Source: Dactylococcopsis salina PCC 8305 (GTDB lineage Bacteria > Cyanobacteriota > Cyanobacteriia > Cyanobacteriales > Rubidibacteraceae). From it: a stretch of DNA of 32,000 bases. Shown in pieces: positions 23,538 to 32,000 of this stretch. Position numbers and translations under genes: made by a program. The notes beneath the pieces were generated by a model. It was not told the origin of the DNA. It did no database searches and saw only the letters and a program-made list of their open reading frames with translations. The stretch is taken from assembly GCF_000317615.1 (NCBI RefSeq), contig NC_019780.1, forward strand, positions 1,167,840 through 1,199,839. Reading direction: 5' to 3'. Every line of letters starts with the position of its first letter. Positions within the stretch are counted from its first letter, which is position 1.

Positions 23538-25556
23538 TTAGTCTTGGAAACGAGGGGTTAAACAATAAGGACAATCCAGCCATTCTTGTTGTAATTCCGC
23601 CCCGCAAGTGCTACAAGTGAGAGAGCTTTTCCGTTTTGCCTTCATTTCTGCTTCGACTCCAGAATCGGTAAAGGTCACTCGTTCCACTTCTTCGAGGGTG
23701 GTATAACCTTCTCGAACCAGATTTAAACTATAAGCAAGAAGCGTTTTCATGCCTTCTTCTACCCCTGCTTCTTTGATGCGTTCGGTGGGTGCGCCTTCAT
23801 TAATTAGGGTTTGTAGGGTTTCGGTCATTTGCATGATTTCATAAACCCCAGCCCGTCCTTTGTAACCGTTACCACCACATTTAGAACAGAGTTTTCCTTT
23901 TTTGCGAGCTTCTTCTATTTCTTCGGGTTGCAGACAGTTGGCTTTATGAAAGGTGATTTCTTCTTCTTTAGTTGCGGATAAGCCAAAACGAGCGAGTTCC
24001 TCTTGCGTGGGATTATAAGGGATGCGACACTCACTGCACACTCGACGCATTAAACGTTGAGCGAGAACACCGATTAATGAGCCTGAAATCATAAAGGGTT
24101 CGACTCCCATTTCGTCTAACCGCGCGATCGCGCCAGCAGCATCGTTGGTGTGTAAGGTGGTTAAAACTAAGTGTCCTGTTAAGGCAGCCTCGATCGCAGT
24201 TTTTGCCGTTTCTTTATCTCGCGTTTCCCCCACCAGAATCACGTCCGGGTCTTGACGGAGAAACGATCGTAAAATCGACGCGAAATCCATGCCTTTTTCC
24301 CGAATCACCTGCACTTGGGTAATTCCAGGTAAAGAATACTCGATCGGGTCTTCGGCGGTGCTAATATTTACCCCTGGGTCATTGCGTTCGGCGAGAATCG
24401 AATAGAGTGTCGTTGATTTCCCTGAGCCAGTGGGTCCCGTCACTAAAATCAAGCCAAAAGGACGACTTGCCATTTCCCTAACCACTTCTAGACTTTCTGC
24501 ATCAGTAATCAGTTTGTCTAATCCCAACTGTGTGGCACTATTATCCAAAATCCGTAGTACCACTTTCTCCCCATAGCGACTCGGTAAGGTACTCATCCGA
24601 AAATCCACATTTCGCCCTTGATACCGCCGACGAATTTTCCCGTCTTGAGGCATTCTGCGTTCTGCAATATCCAAGTCCGCTATAATCTTAAAACGCGCCG
24701 CGATCGCAGGGGCAATTTTAATCGGGAGATTATCAAAGGCTTTTTGTAGCACCCCATCTCGACGCATCCGCACCCGAATATACTCTTCTTGGGGTTCAAT
24801 ATGAATATCAGAAGCACCATCCCGAAGCGCCTTAATTAAAATCCGATTCACCACATTAATAATCGGTGCGGCTTGAGCATCCCCCAAAGACTTTTCTAAA
24901 TCTGCCTCAGCTTCGTCATTAACTTCTTCTAACCCATCCACATCCAGATTAGCGAGGTCTTTAGTCACATCTAACTGTTCATCTGCGGCTTGTTCTTCCT
25001 CTTGAGCAGATTGTTCATCTAGGTATTCACCAATGATCCGTTGATAATCCTCCAACGTCATTACAATGCGCTGCAGTTTTAACTGTTTCGGACGCAAAAT
25101 CCGCATTAGATTATCTTGAGCATCCAATTGATCAGGATTCACCATTCCCACCAATAGAGAAGGGGGGCGAGTATCTTTCTTATCTAAAGGGAGTAACTTA
25201 TAGCGGCGACACATATCCACAGGAATTACATCGTCAATCAATTCCTTAATGGGATACTGATCTAAGTTCGTTACTTCTGGATCGAGGGACTCAACGCCAT
25301 AATAAATTTTGAGTTCAAACAGATGATGCTTTTTATATTGACGATAAAGTTCTGGCGGTAATTCCTTGCCAGTAACCGATTGCAACGCTTCAGTAAACGA
25401 TCGTTTTCCTTCTGATTGGGAAACCTCTTGTCTGGCTTCTTGGATTTGTTTACTATCCGCGTAACCCGCTTGAATTAATTTACTTCCAAACGGCGAGGAG
25501 TCACGTAGGGTGGTCAGGGCTCTTTGACGTTTTTTTGCAGATGAAGAATACGTCAT
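23538..25556 (-). CDS. pilB: Type IV pilus assembly ATPase PilB (GspE family) with a cyanobacterial-type C-terminal extension.
   Basis: The ORF is 672 aa. It has Walker A GPTGSGKST, an internal tetracysteine motif (CSECRIPY...CSKCGGNGYKGR), and a second CxxC-x11-CxxC motif in the last 30 aa. Confidence 0.93.
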   Translation of the reverse strand: MTYSSSAKKRQRALTTLRDSSPFGSKLIQAGYADSKQIQEARQEVSQSEGKRSFTEALQSVTGKELPPELYRQYKKHHLFELKIYYGVESLDPEVTNLDQYPIKELIDDVIPVDMCRRYKLLPLDKKDTRPPSLLVGMVNPDQLDAQDNLMRILRPKQLKLQRIVMTLEDYQRIIGEYLDEQSAQEEEQAADEQLDVTKDLANLDVDGLEEVNDEAEADLEKSLGDAQAAPIINVVNRILIKALRDGASDIHIEPQEEYIRVRMRRDGVLQKAFDNLPIKIAPAIAARFKIIADLDIAERRMPQDGKIRRRYQGRNVDFRMSTLPSRYGEKVVLRILDNSATQLGLDKLITDAESLEVVREMASRPFGLILVTGPTGSGKSTTLYSILAERNDPGVNISTAEDPIEYSLPGITQVQVIREKGMDFASILRSFLRQDPDVILVGETRDKETAKTAIEAALTGHLVLTTLHTNDAAGAIARLDEMGVEPFMISGSLIGVLAQRLMRRVCSECRIPYNPTQEELARFGLSATKEEEITFHKANCLQPEEIEEARKKGKLCSKCGGNGYKGRAGVYEIMQMTETLQTLINEGAPTERIKEAGVEEGMKTLLAYSLNLVREGYTTLEEVERVTFTDSGVEAEMKAKRKSSLTCSTCGAELQQEWLDCPYCLTPRFQD

Positions 25557-25707
25557 AACGGCAACTATGGGGTTAGCAAGGTTTGAGACTGATTCGTCCT
25601 AATCTATTTTTAGGATAGCTATTTCTGATCAAACATCAGAATTGTCAAGATTCTTTATAAAAGATAGCACTACGCGCAAGGGAATCGGGAACAGAGAACA
25701 ATAAATA

Positions 25708-25910
25708 ATTGCCCCCTAATATCAGGTTCACTCAATCAATGATCAACCGTAGGTTGGGTGGAGGGAAGCGAAACCCAACACCAATTATAAGCAATTACCC
25801 GAACTTGATATCACCCCCAACTTGGGGGAATCATCATTAATCGCCCCCTAACCCCCAACTTTGGGGGAATCATCATTAATTGCCCCCTAGCCCCCAACTT
25901 TGGGGGAATC
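25708..25910. repeat. TIR MITE (ATCAGGTTC...GAACTTGAT with a hairpin-family core) followed by 3 tandem units of about 39 bp: CCCCCAACTTTGGGGGAATCATCATTAAT(C/T)GCCCCCTA(A/G).
   Basis: Direct reading. The MITE part aligns with 6800-6915 and with the reverse complement of 30180-30307. Confidence 0.8.
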
Positions 25911-26151
25911 AAGAAAGGGTCTTTCTGGGTTAATTTGTTTTTGATCAATTTTATTAATTTTATAAACACAAACTTTGATAAATTTACTAAAAAAAGATTA
26001 AAAAAGCATTTTCAGGAAATTTAATTAATTTAAAAATTTAATAATAACTTTAGCTTTGAATTAAATTATAAGTTTAGTTAAACAAGGCTTTCATTTCTAA
26101 ACTCATTGCGTAATAATTGCGATCGACAAAGCAAAGCAAGAGGAAAACACT

Positions 26152-27024
26152 GTGAAGCTATCAGTTTACGGAAAAGGCGGCATCGGAAAATCTACAACCA
26201 GTTGCAATATTTCAACCGCACTGGCAAAAAGAGGAAAAAAAGTCTTACAAATTGGTTGCGATCCTAAGCATGACAGCACATTTACCCTCACAGGGTTTTT
26301 AATTCCTACGATTATTGACACCCTACAAGAAAAAGATTTCCACTATGAGGATATTTGGCCCGAAGATGTCATTTATCGCGGTTATGCTGGCGTTGACTGC
26401 GTAGAAGCGGGGGGGCCTCCTGCTGGCGCTGGTTGCGGTGGTTATGTGGTTGGTGAAACCGTAAAACTCTTAAAAGAATTAAATGCGTTTGATGAATATG
26501 ATGTGATTCTATTTGATGTTCTCGGCGACGTGGTATGTGGTGGTTTTGCTGCGCCTTTAAATTATTCTGATTACTGCATGATTGTTACTGATAACGGCTT
26601 TGATGCCCTGTTTGCGGCTAACCGTATCGCTGCTTCGATTCGGGAAAAATCTCGGACTCATCCTTTACGCCTCGCTGGTTTAATCGGTAATCGTACCTCG
26701 AAACGGGATTTAATTAATAAGTATATTGAAGCGGTGCCAATGCCAATTTTAGAGATTCTACCGCTCATTGAAGATATTCGTGTCTCTCGTGTGAAAGGGA
26801 AGACAATCTTCGAGATGGCGGAAACTGAACCGATGTTAGATCAGGTGGCTCAATATTATCTCAATATTGCTGACCAATTATTAGCTCTCCCAGAAGGCGT
26901 TGTGCCACAAGATGCGCCCGATCGCGATCTGTTTACTTTATTATCCGATTATTATCTCAATCCTGCAACGGCAAAAGGCGCGCCTGTAGAGAAAGAGGAA
27001 GAATTAGAAGCATTAATGGTTTAA
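26152..27024 (+). CDS. chlL: Light-independent protochlorophyllide reductase (DPOR) iron-sulfur ATP-binding subunit.
   Basis: The ORF is 290 aa with a GTG start. It shows [20 protein letters not shown] and the NifH-like cluster cysteines (GCGGY..., VCGGFA). Confidence 0.95.
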   Translation: MKLSVYGKGGIGKSTTSCNISTALAKRGKKVLQIGCDPKHDSTFTLTGFLIPTIIDTLQEKDFHYEDIWPEDVIYRGYAGVDCVEAGGPPAGAGCGGYVVGETVKLLKELNAFDEYDVILFDVLGDVVCGGFAAPLNYSDYCMIVTDNGFDALFAANRIAASIREKSRTHPLRLAGLIGNRTSKRDLINKYIEAVPMPILEILPLIEDIRVSRVKGKTIFEMAETEPMLDQVAQYYLNIADQLLALPEGVVPQDAPDRDLFTLLSDYYLNPATAKGAPVEKEEELEALMV

Positions 27025-27155
27025 TCCCCCTAGTAGCTCAAATGTAGGTTGGGTGGAGCGTAGCGAAACCCAACACCAATTATAAGCGATTAGGCTTCGC
27101 CTATGCTTCGCAAATGCCAGAACCTGATATCACCCCTACTTTTGAAAGAGGGGAA
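27025..27155. mobile_element. Hairpin/TIR MITE copy occupying most of the chlL-chlN spacer.
   Basis: gtaggttgggtggagcgtagcgaaacccaacaccaattataagcgatta...ccagaacctgatatcacccctacttttgaaagagggg belongs to the same family as 25740-25810. Confidence 0.75.
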
Positions 27156-27170
27156 TTGAAAAAATAATAA

Positions 27171-28595
<1,425 letters not shown>

Positions 28596-28628
28596 TTGTT
28601 TGTCTCGAAATGGGTGAGGGGGAAGCAG

Positions 28629-28757
28629 TGTTGGGTTTCGCGTGGAGACGTGCCATGGGTGGAGACGTGCCATGGCACGTCTCTACCCAACCTACATGAT
28701 TGTGCTTTGTCATTCGTGATCTTGATGTTGGGTTTCGCTACTCTTCACCCAACCTAC
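28629..28757. repeat. Two hairpin-family units between convergent genes. The first has its palindrome core partly duplicated.
   Basis: The first unit is tgttgggtttcgcgtggagacgtgccatgg|gtggagacgtgccatggcacgtctctacccaacctac. The second is tgttgggtttcgctactcttcacccaacctac. Confidence 0.8.
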
Positions 28758-28779
28758 TGGAACTAACTTTAAATCAAGG

Positions 28780-30018
28780 TTAAAGCCAAGATTTCGCTAA
28801 ATCGATCGCCTCGGAGGGAGAGTTAACTTTCCCTTCAATGTAGGCGATTTGGAGTTCTGTCAGCAGTTCACCGATGCGAGGAGAGGGAGACAGAGACAGC
28901 GATCGAAGCAAGTCTTTTCCAGTAACAATCGGTTGGGGATAAGCAACGGGATCATGGGGATTAAGATAATGTTCCAGCAAGGGTTTCGCTGCGGTTAGGC
29001 TTAATCCCTTCGCCATTGCGGTTAATAATAAACAAGGGAAGACGTTTCTCGCTTCTTGAAAGAAGAAATATCGATCGCGCAGACTCATGGTTTCCACTTT
29101 CGCTTCTAGCAGACGCGGGAGTAAACTCAAACTACTGGTAACGGTGCGAATTTCAGCGCGAGAAAATTTCAGCCCTGTGAGTTGATTTTCCGCTTCTTCA
29201 GGAGAAACCGAGACGAAACAAGCTAATTTAGCTAAACTTTGCAAAGTGTTCGATTGTCCGCCTACATTTTTCTCCCATGTTGCCGCCAGATGAGAAGACT
29301 CTTGACGTAACCTTTCTTTGATAACATCTATTCTCGCCACTTCCTCCACTTGTTGCTGAGTCACGGAGGGAAAACAAATCGAAAGCAAACCATCTTCCCA
29401 CGCTTGTTGTAAATAAATACTCCCTTTCCTCGTTTCCAACAGATAAGAGAGTTCGGTTTTAATTCGTTCCGATGCGATGTTTTTTAATTCAGAAGCAAGC
29501 TGGGTAATGGTGTTACGAGTTTGAGGATCAATGGTAAAGTCGAGTTGGGCGGCTTGACGATAGGCGCGAAACAGACGCAAGGGATCAGCTTTGAGGTTAG
29601 CAGGGGATACCATTTTGATCAGGTTGGCTTCTAAATCTTCTATTCCCCCAAGCGGATCAATTAGTTTCTGTGATTGGATGTGAAGCGCGATCGAGTTGAT
29701 GGTAAAATCTCGACGATGCAAATCTTGTTCTAAACTTTCCCCTTCAATTTTTGCCACATCAACCGTCCCTTCTGCAAAAACGATTCTAGCAATATCTCTG
29801 GCTGCATCTAACACCACAAACCCCGCATCACAGCGATTGGCGAGATCACGTGCCAATTCCACTGCTCGATCGATCACCACTAAATCGAGATCAAACTCCT
29901 GCCGTTTCCGATTTAATATTCTATCTCGAATAGTTCCTCCCACTAAATACGCATCAGAGGGAAGCCAAGCTAACGGAAACGGAAAATTAGGAATTGATAA
30001 TTGTTGACTCATTCTCAT
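28780..30018 (-). CDS. cca: CCA-adding tRNA nucleotidyltransferase (poly(A) polymerase/CCA family).
   Basis: It has the signature AYLVGGTIRDRILNR...DLDLVV and the downstream RRDFTINS motif. The start is set at ATG 30018 (or 30012), because the upstream 30 codons of the tracked ORF are encoded by G6TTAG6 repeats. Confidence 0.85.
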   Translation of the reverse strand: MRMSQQLSIPNFPFPLAWLPSDAYLVGGTIRDRILNRKRQEFDLDLVVIDRAVELARDLANRCDAGFVVLDAARDIARIVFAEGTVDVAKIEGESLEQDLHRRDFTINSIALHIQSQKLIDPLGGIEDLEANLIKMVSPANLKADPLRLFRAYRQAAQLDFTIDPQTRNTITQLASELKNIASERIKTELSYLLETRKGSIYLQQAWEDGLLSICFPSVTQQQVEEVARIDVIKERLRQESSHLAATWEKNVGGQSNTLQSLAKLACFVSVSPEEAENQLTGLKFSRAEIRTVTSSLSLLPRLLEAKVETMSLRDRYFFFQEARNVFPCLLLTAMAKGLSLTAAKPLLEHYLNPHDPVAYPQPIVTGKDLLRSLSLSPSPRIGELLTELQIAYIEGKVNSPSEAIDLAKSWL

Positions 30019-30025
30019 TATTCTA

Positions 30026-30307
30026 TTCCCCCCTTTCAAAGGGGGGTTAGGGGGGATTGATATTTCCTTGCCAAGGGGGGTTAGGGGGGATTGATATTTC
30101 CTTGCCAAGGGGGGTTAGGGGGGATTGATATTTCCTTGCCAAGGGGGGTTAGGGGGGATTGATATTTCCTTTCAAAGGGGGGTTATATCAGGTTCGGGTA
30201 ATTGCTTATAATTGGTGTTGGGTTTCGCGTGGAGACGTTCCATGGAACGTCTCTACCCAACCTACTTTTTATCATTGATTGAGCGAACCTGATCTTAGGG
30301 GCAATTA
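30026..30307. repeat. A C6-TTTCAAA-G6 hairpin, then 4 tandem 34-bp units (GGGGGGTTAGGGGGGATTGATATTTCCTTGCCAA), then a TIR MITE with the GAGACGTTCCATGGAACGTCTC core.
   Basis: G6TTAG6 lies at 30041, 30075, 30109 and 30143, with a further G6 at 30177. The MITE at 30183-30307 is the reverse complement of the 25708-25810 type. Confidence 0.9.
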
Positions 30308-30376
30308 AGACTTCCCGAAATCAAGACTGGATTTGTTAAACTAGGACTAAAAGCAAGCAGGGAAGAATAGCGTACC

Positions 30377-30625
30377 ATGTGTATCTGTGTTAACTGCCAC
30401 TACGTCGATCGTTGCACCACCTATCATGCAGTAGAGACGCAACACGAACAACCTCACCTCACCAACTTTCCCAACTTTGAACCGATCGAACCCACCGTCA
30501 ATGTTAACATTCGTCCTCAAGAAGAATACATCGAAATCGAGTGGGATGTGGTCGGTTGTGAAAGTTTCCTCGAAGAAGCTGGAAAATGGGCGAAATTACG
30601 TCCAGGGGAACCAGTTCCCACCTAA
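30377..30625 (+). CDS. ycf34: Ycf34 family protein.
   Basis: The ORF is 82 aa. The N-terminus MCICVNCHYVDRCTTYHAVETQHEQPHL carries the conserved Ycf34 cysteine pattern. Confidence 0.85.
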   Translation: MCICVNCHYVDRCTTYHAVETQHEQPHLTNFPNFEPIEPTVNVNIRPQEEYIEIEWDVVGCESFLEEAGKWAKLRPGEPVPT

Positions 30626-31278
30626 ATCTGTGCCAACTGTTCCCCTTCTACCGCCCCTTTTCCCCGTAAAAATCCTGTATTCGCCCCTGGACAAACATAA
30701 CCCAGCCTTTCGGGGGGGAATTTTTTTTGTAACTTTTCCACATTTCTTAACTGTCTTCGCCAATGGAACGTTTTACGAGTAAAAATTGGGGCTAATTTCC
30801 CCTCAGAATCCGTCAATAAATGACGACCAGAAAATAAAACACCGCCGTGAAAGGGAACATAAAGACAGGAAGCGCCAGGAGAATAACCGCAAGTCCAAAT
30901 CCCTGTTCCTTCTCCGAGGGTAATTTCTTCTGCAAATGGCGTTACCGTGACATTAGGCAATAAATAGGCTTCCTGTTCTTGAATCACCACTTCACAGCCT
31001 AAATCATTTTGAATTTTACCGACTTGACTCATTCCATCACGGTGAGTAATAAATAACCAACGCACCCCTCCCAAGTCGCTTAAAAACGATTTTTGTGTCT
31101 CATTCCATCCTGGACAATCTACCAAAATATTCCCATCTTTTCCTAAAATTAAGTAGGATGTTCCTCCTAATGTTTCTCGGTTCGGTGGGAAAGCATAAAT
31201 TCCCCCTAAAATCTCACGGGGAGGTTTGGGTGTGTTGTTAGTAACAGAAGACTGATTCATGTTTTGGTCAACAGACAT
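30622..31278 (-). CDS. MBL-fold metallo-hydrolase-like protein with a degenerate metal motif.
   Basis: The ORF is 218 aa. It shows YLILGKDGNILVDCPG...WLFITHRDG, where THRDG replaces HxHxDH. The start is ATG 31278 or 31260. Confidence 0.65.
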   Translation of the reverse strand: MSVDQNMNQSSVTNNTPKPPREILGGIYAFPPNRETLGGTSYLILGKDGNILVDCPGWNETQKSFLSDLGGVRWLFITHRDGMSQVGKIQNDLGCEVVIQEQEAYLLPNVTVTPFAEEITLGEGTGIWTCGYSPGASCLYVPFHGGVLFSGRHLLTDSEGKLAPIFTRKTFHWRRQLRNVEKLQKKFPPERLGYVCPGANTGFLRGKGAVEGEQLAQI

Positions 31279-31379
31279 AGATAAAAACTTTCTGGAAAAA
31301 TTGTGTCAGGATAGAAGTGAGTGCAAAAGTTAAAGATAGACAATTAGCAAGCGATCATTACTTAATTAGATTGTATTAA

Positions 31380-31582
31380 TTAGGGCTTGCTGAATAAAAC
31401 TGAAAGTTTTACCAAATAAGGATTTGAGGCGATTAAGTTCAGGTAAAAATGCAAGTTCATTGATTGTTCAATCCTCAAAACCTTAAACTCCTACCGATCA
31501 ATCAACCCTCTTGCCTCTTGCCTTTTGCCTTTTGCCTCTTGCCTTACTAAACCAACCAATGGACTTTTTCAGCAAGCCCTAA
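31380..31582. mobile_element. MITE family D, copy 3 (203 bp), with perfect 15-bp TIRs TTAGGGCTTGCTGAA.
   Basis: The ends are ttagggcttgctgaa ... ttcagcaagccctaa. The internal heptamer tract is CTTGCCT/TTTGCCT x5, as in copy 2. Confidence 0.85.
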
Positions 31583-31658
31583 TTATTTTTTCACCGCTTA
31601 CTAATTTAGCATAAAGTTAAAACAAATTATCTATATTTGAGCAAAAGGTTATTGAAAG

Positions 31659-32000
31659 ATGGAACTTTTTTGGATTTTATTAGTTTTAGGAGGAATCACT
31701 TACTTTTTGGTGCATCGTAGCGCCAGTGGTTTAACTAGCACCCCCATTTGGTTATTGTGGTTGGCGGTGATGATTCCTGCTTTTACTTGGAGTTTCTGGT
31801 TACTATTTGTCGGTGAAGAACAACCGATTCCAATTTTGTTAATGTTGATTCCGTTTATTGTTTCTCCGCTTTTATATTTTTGGTTATTACAGCGAGGAAT
31901 AAAAGATAAAACCGCCTTAAATTCTTCTTCCTCTAAAACGGAAAGTAAAGAAACATTAACGCCGACAATTTTAGATAAAAAAACGCCAGATGATAAAAAA
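31659..32000 (+). CDS. Polytopic membrane protein, N-terminal part; the ORF runs off the window.
   Basis: From ATG 31659 there are 114 open codons to the window end. Three hydrophobic helices are visible (FWILLVLGGITYFLV, IWLLWLAVMIPAFTWSFWLLFV, PILLMLIPFIVSPLLYFWLL). It is not in the ORF track because no stop is reached. Confidence 0.5.
   Translation, partial: MELFWILLVLGGITYFLVHRSASGLTSTPIWLLWLAVMIPAFTWSFWLLFVGEEQPIPILLMLIPFIVSPLLYFWLLQRGIKDKTALNSSSSKTESKETLTPTILDKKTPDDKK

Noticed and set aside
30041-30176. The regularly spaced 34-bp repeats, and the 39-bp repeats at 25790-25910, might be a CRISPR array.
   Set aside because: The units are directly contiguous with no unique spacers between them, and they belong to a dispersed repeat family seen elsewhere in the window. 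No cas genes are nearby. They are tandem repeats, not CRISPR.
30477-30782. A 101-aa + strand ORF overlapping the 3' part of ycf34 and the MBL-fold gene.
   Set aside because: It is out of frame with ycf34 and antisense to a longer ORF that contains a domain. Its composition is low-complexity. It is most likely spurious.

Overview
The window is a cyanobacterial chromosomal segment, about 42% GC by eye. The evidence is the chlL-chlN, ycf34, ARC6/Ftn2-like and devBCA genes, many copies of the HIP1 octamer GCGATCGC, and STRR-like heptamer arrays. Most genes are recognisable housekeeping genes: malic enzyme, RelA/SpoT, PBP4-type carboxypeptidase, alanine dehydrogenase, CCA-adding enzyme, the DPOR subunits ChlL/ChlN, and the type IV pilus motor operon pilB-pilT-pilC. 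There is also a TetR-linked DevBCA-type tripartite ABC exporter. I found no rRNA, tRNA, CRISPR array, transposase or obvious defence island. Two things stand out. (1) Almost every intergenic spacer is filled with miniature repeats. I could separate at least five families: TIR-bearing MITEs, a hairpin element with a CCATGG-centred palindrome, G6-TTA-G6 units, and heptamer STRRs. These are often nested or tandemised. In several cases they run into coding ends (the malic enzyme stop, the DacB tail, the ald stop) or lie directly upstream of start codons. (2) A few ORFs fit no family I recognise but sit in suggestive contexts. One is a 201-aa ORF coupled to the 3' end of pilC. Another is a 515-aa membrane protein that looks like an isolated S1-S4 voltage-sensor-like domain without a pore, preceded by an RHH protein. 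A third is a 120-aa protein whose stop overlaps the start of an orphan fused double-ATPase ABC protein. None of these is demonstrably a new system from sequence alone, and all family calls rest on motif recognition in the supplied translations, not on searches.
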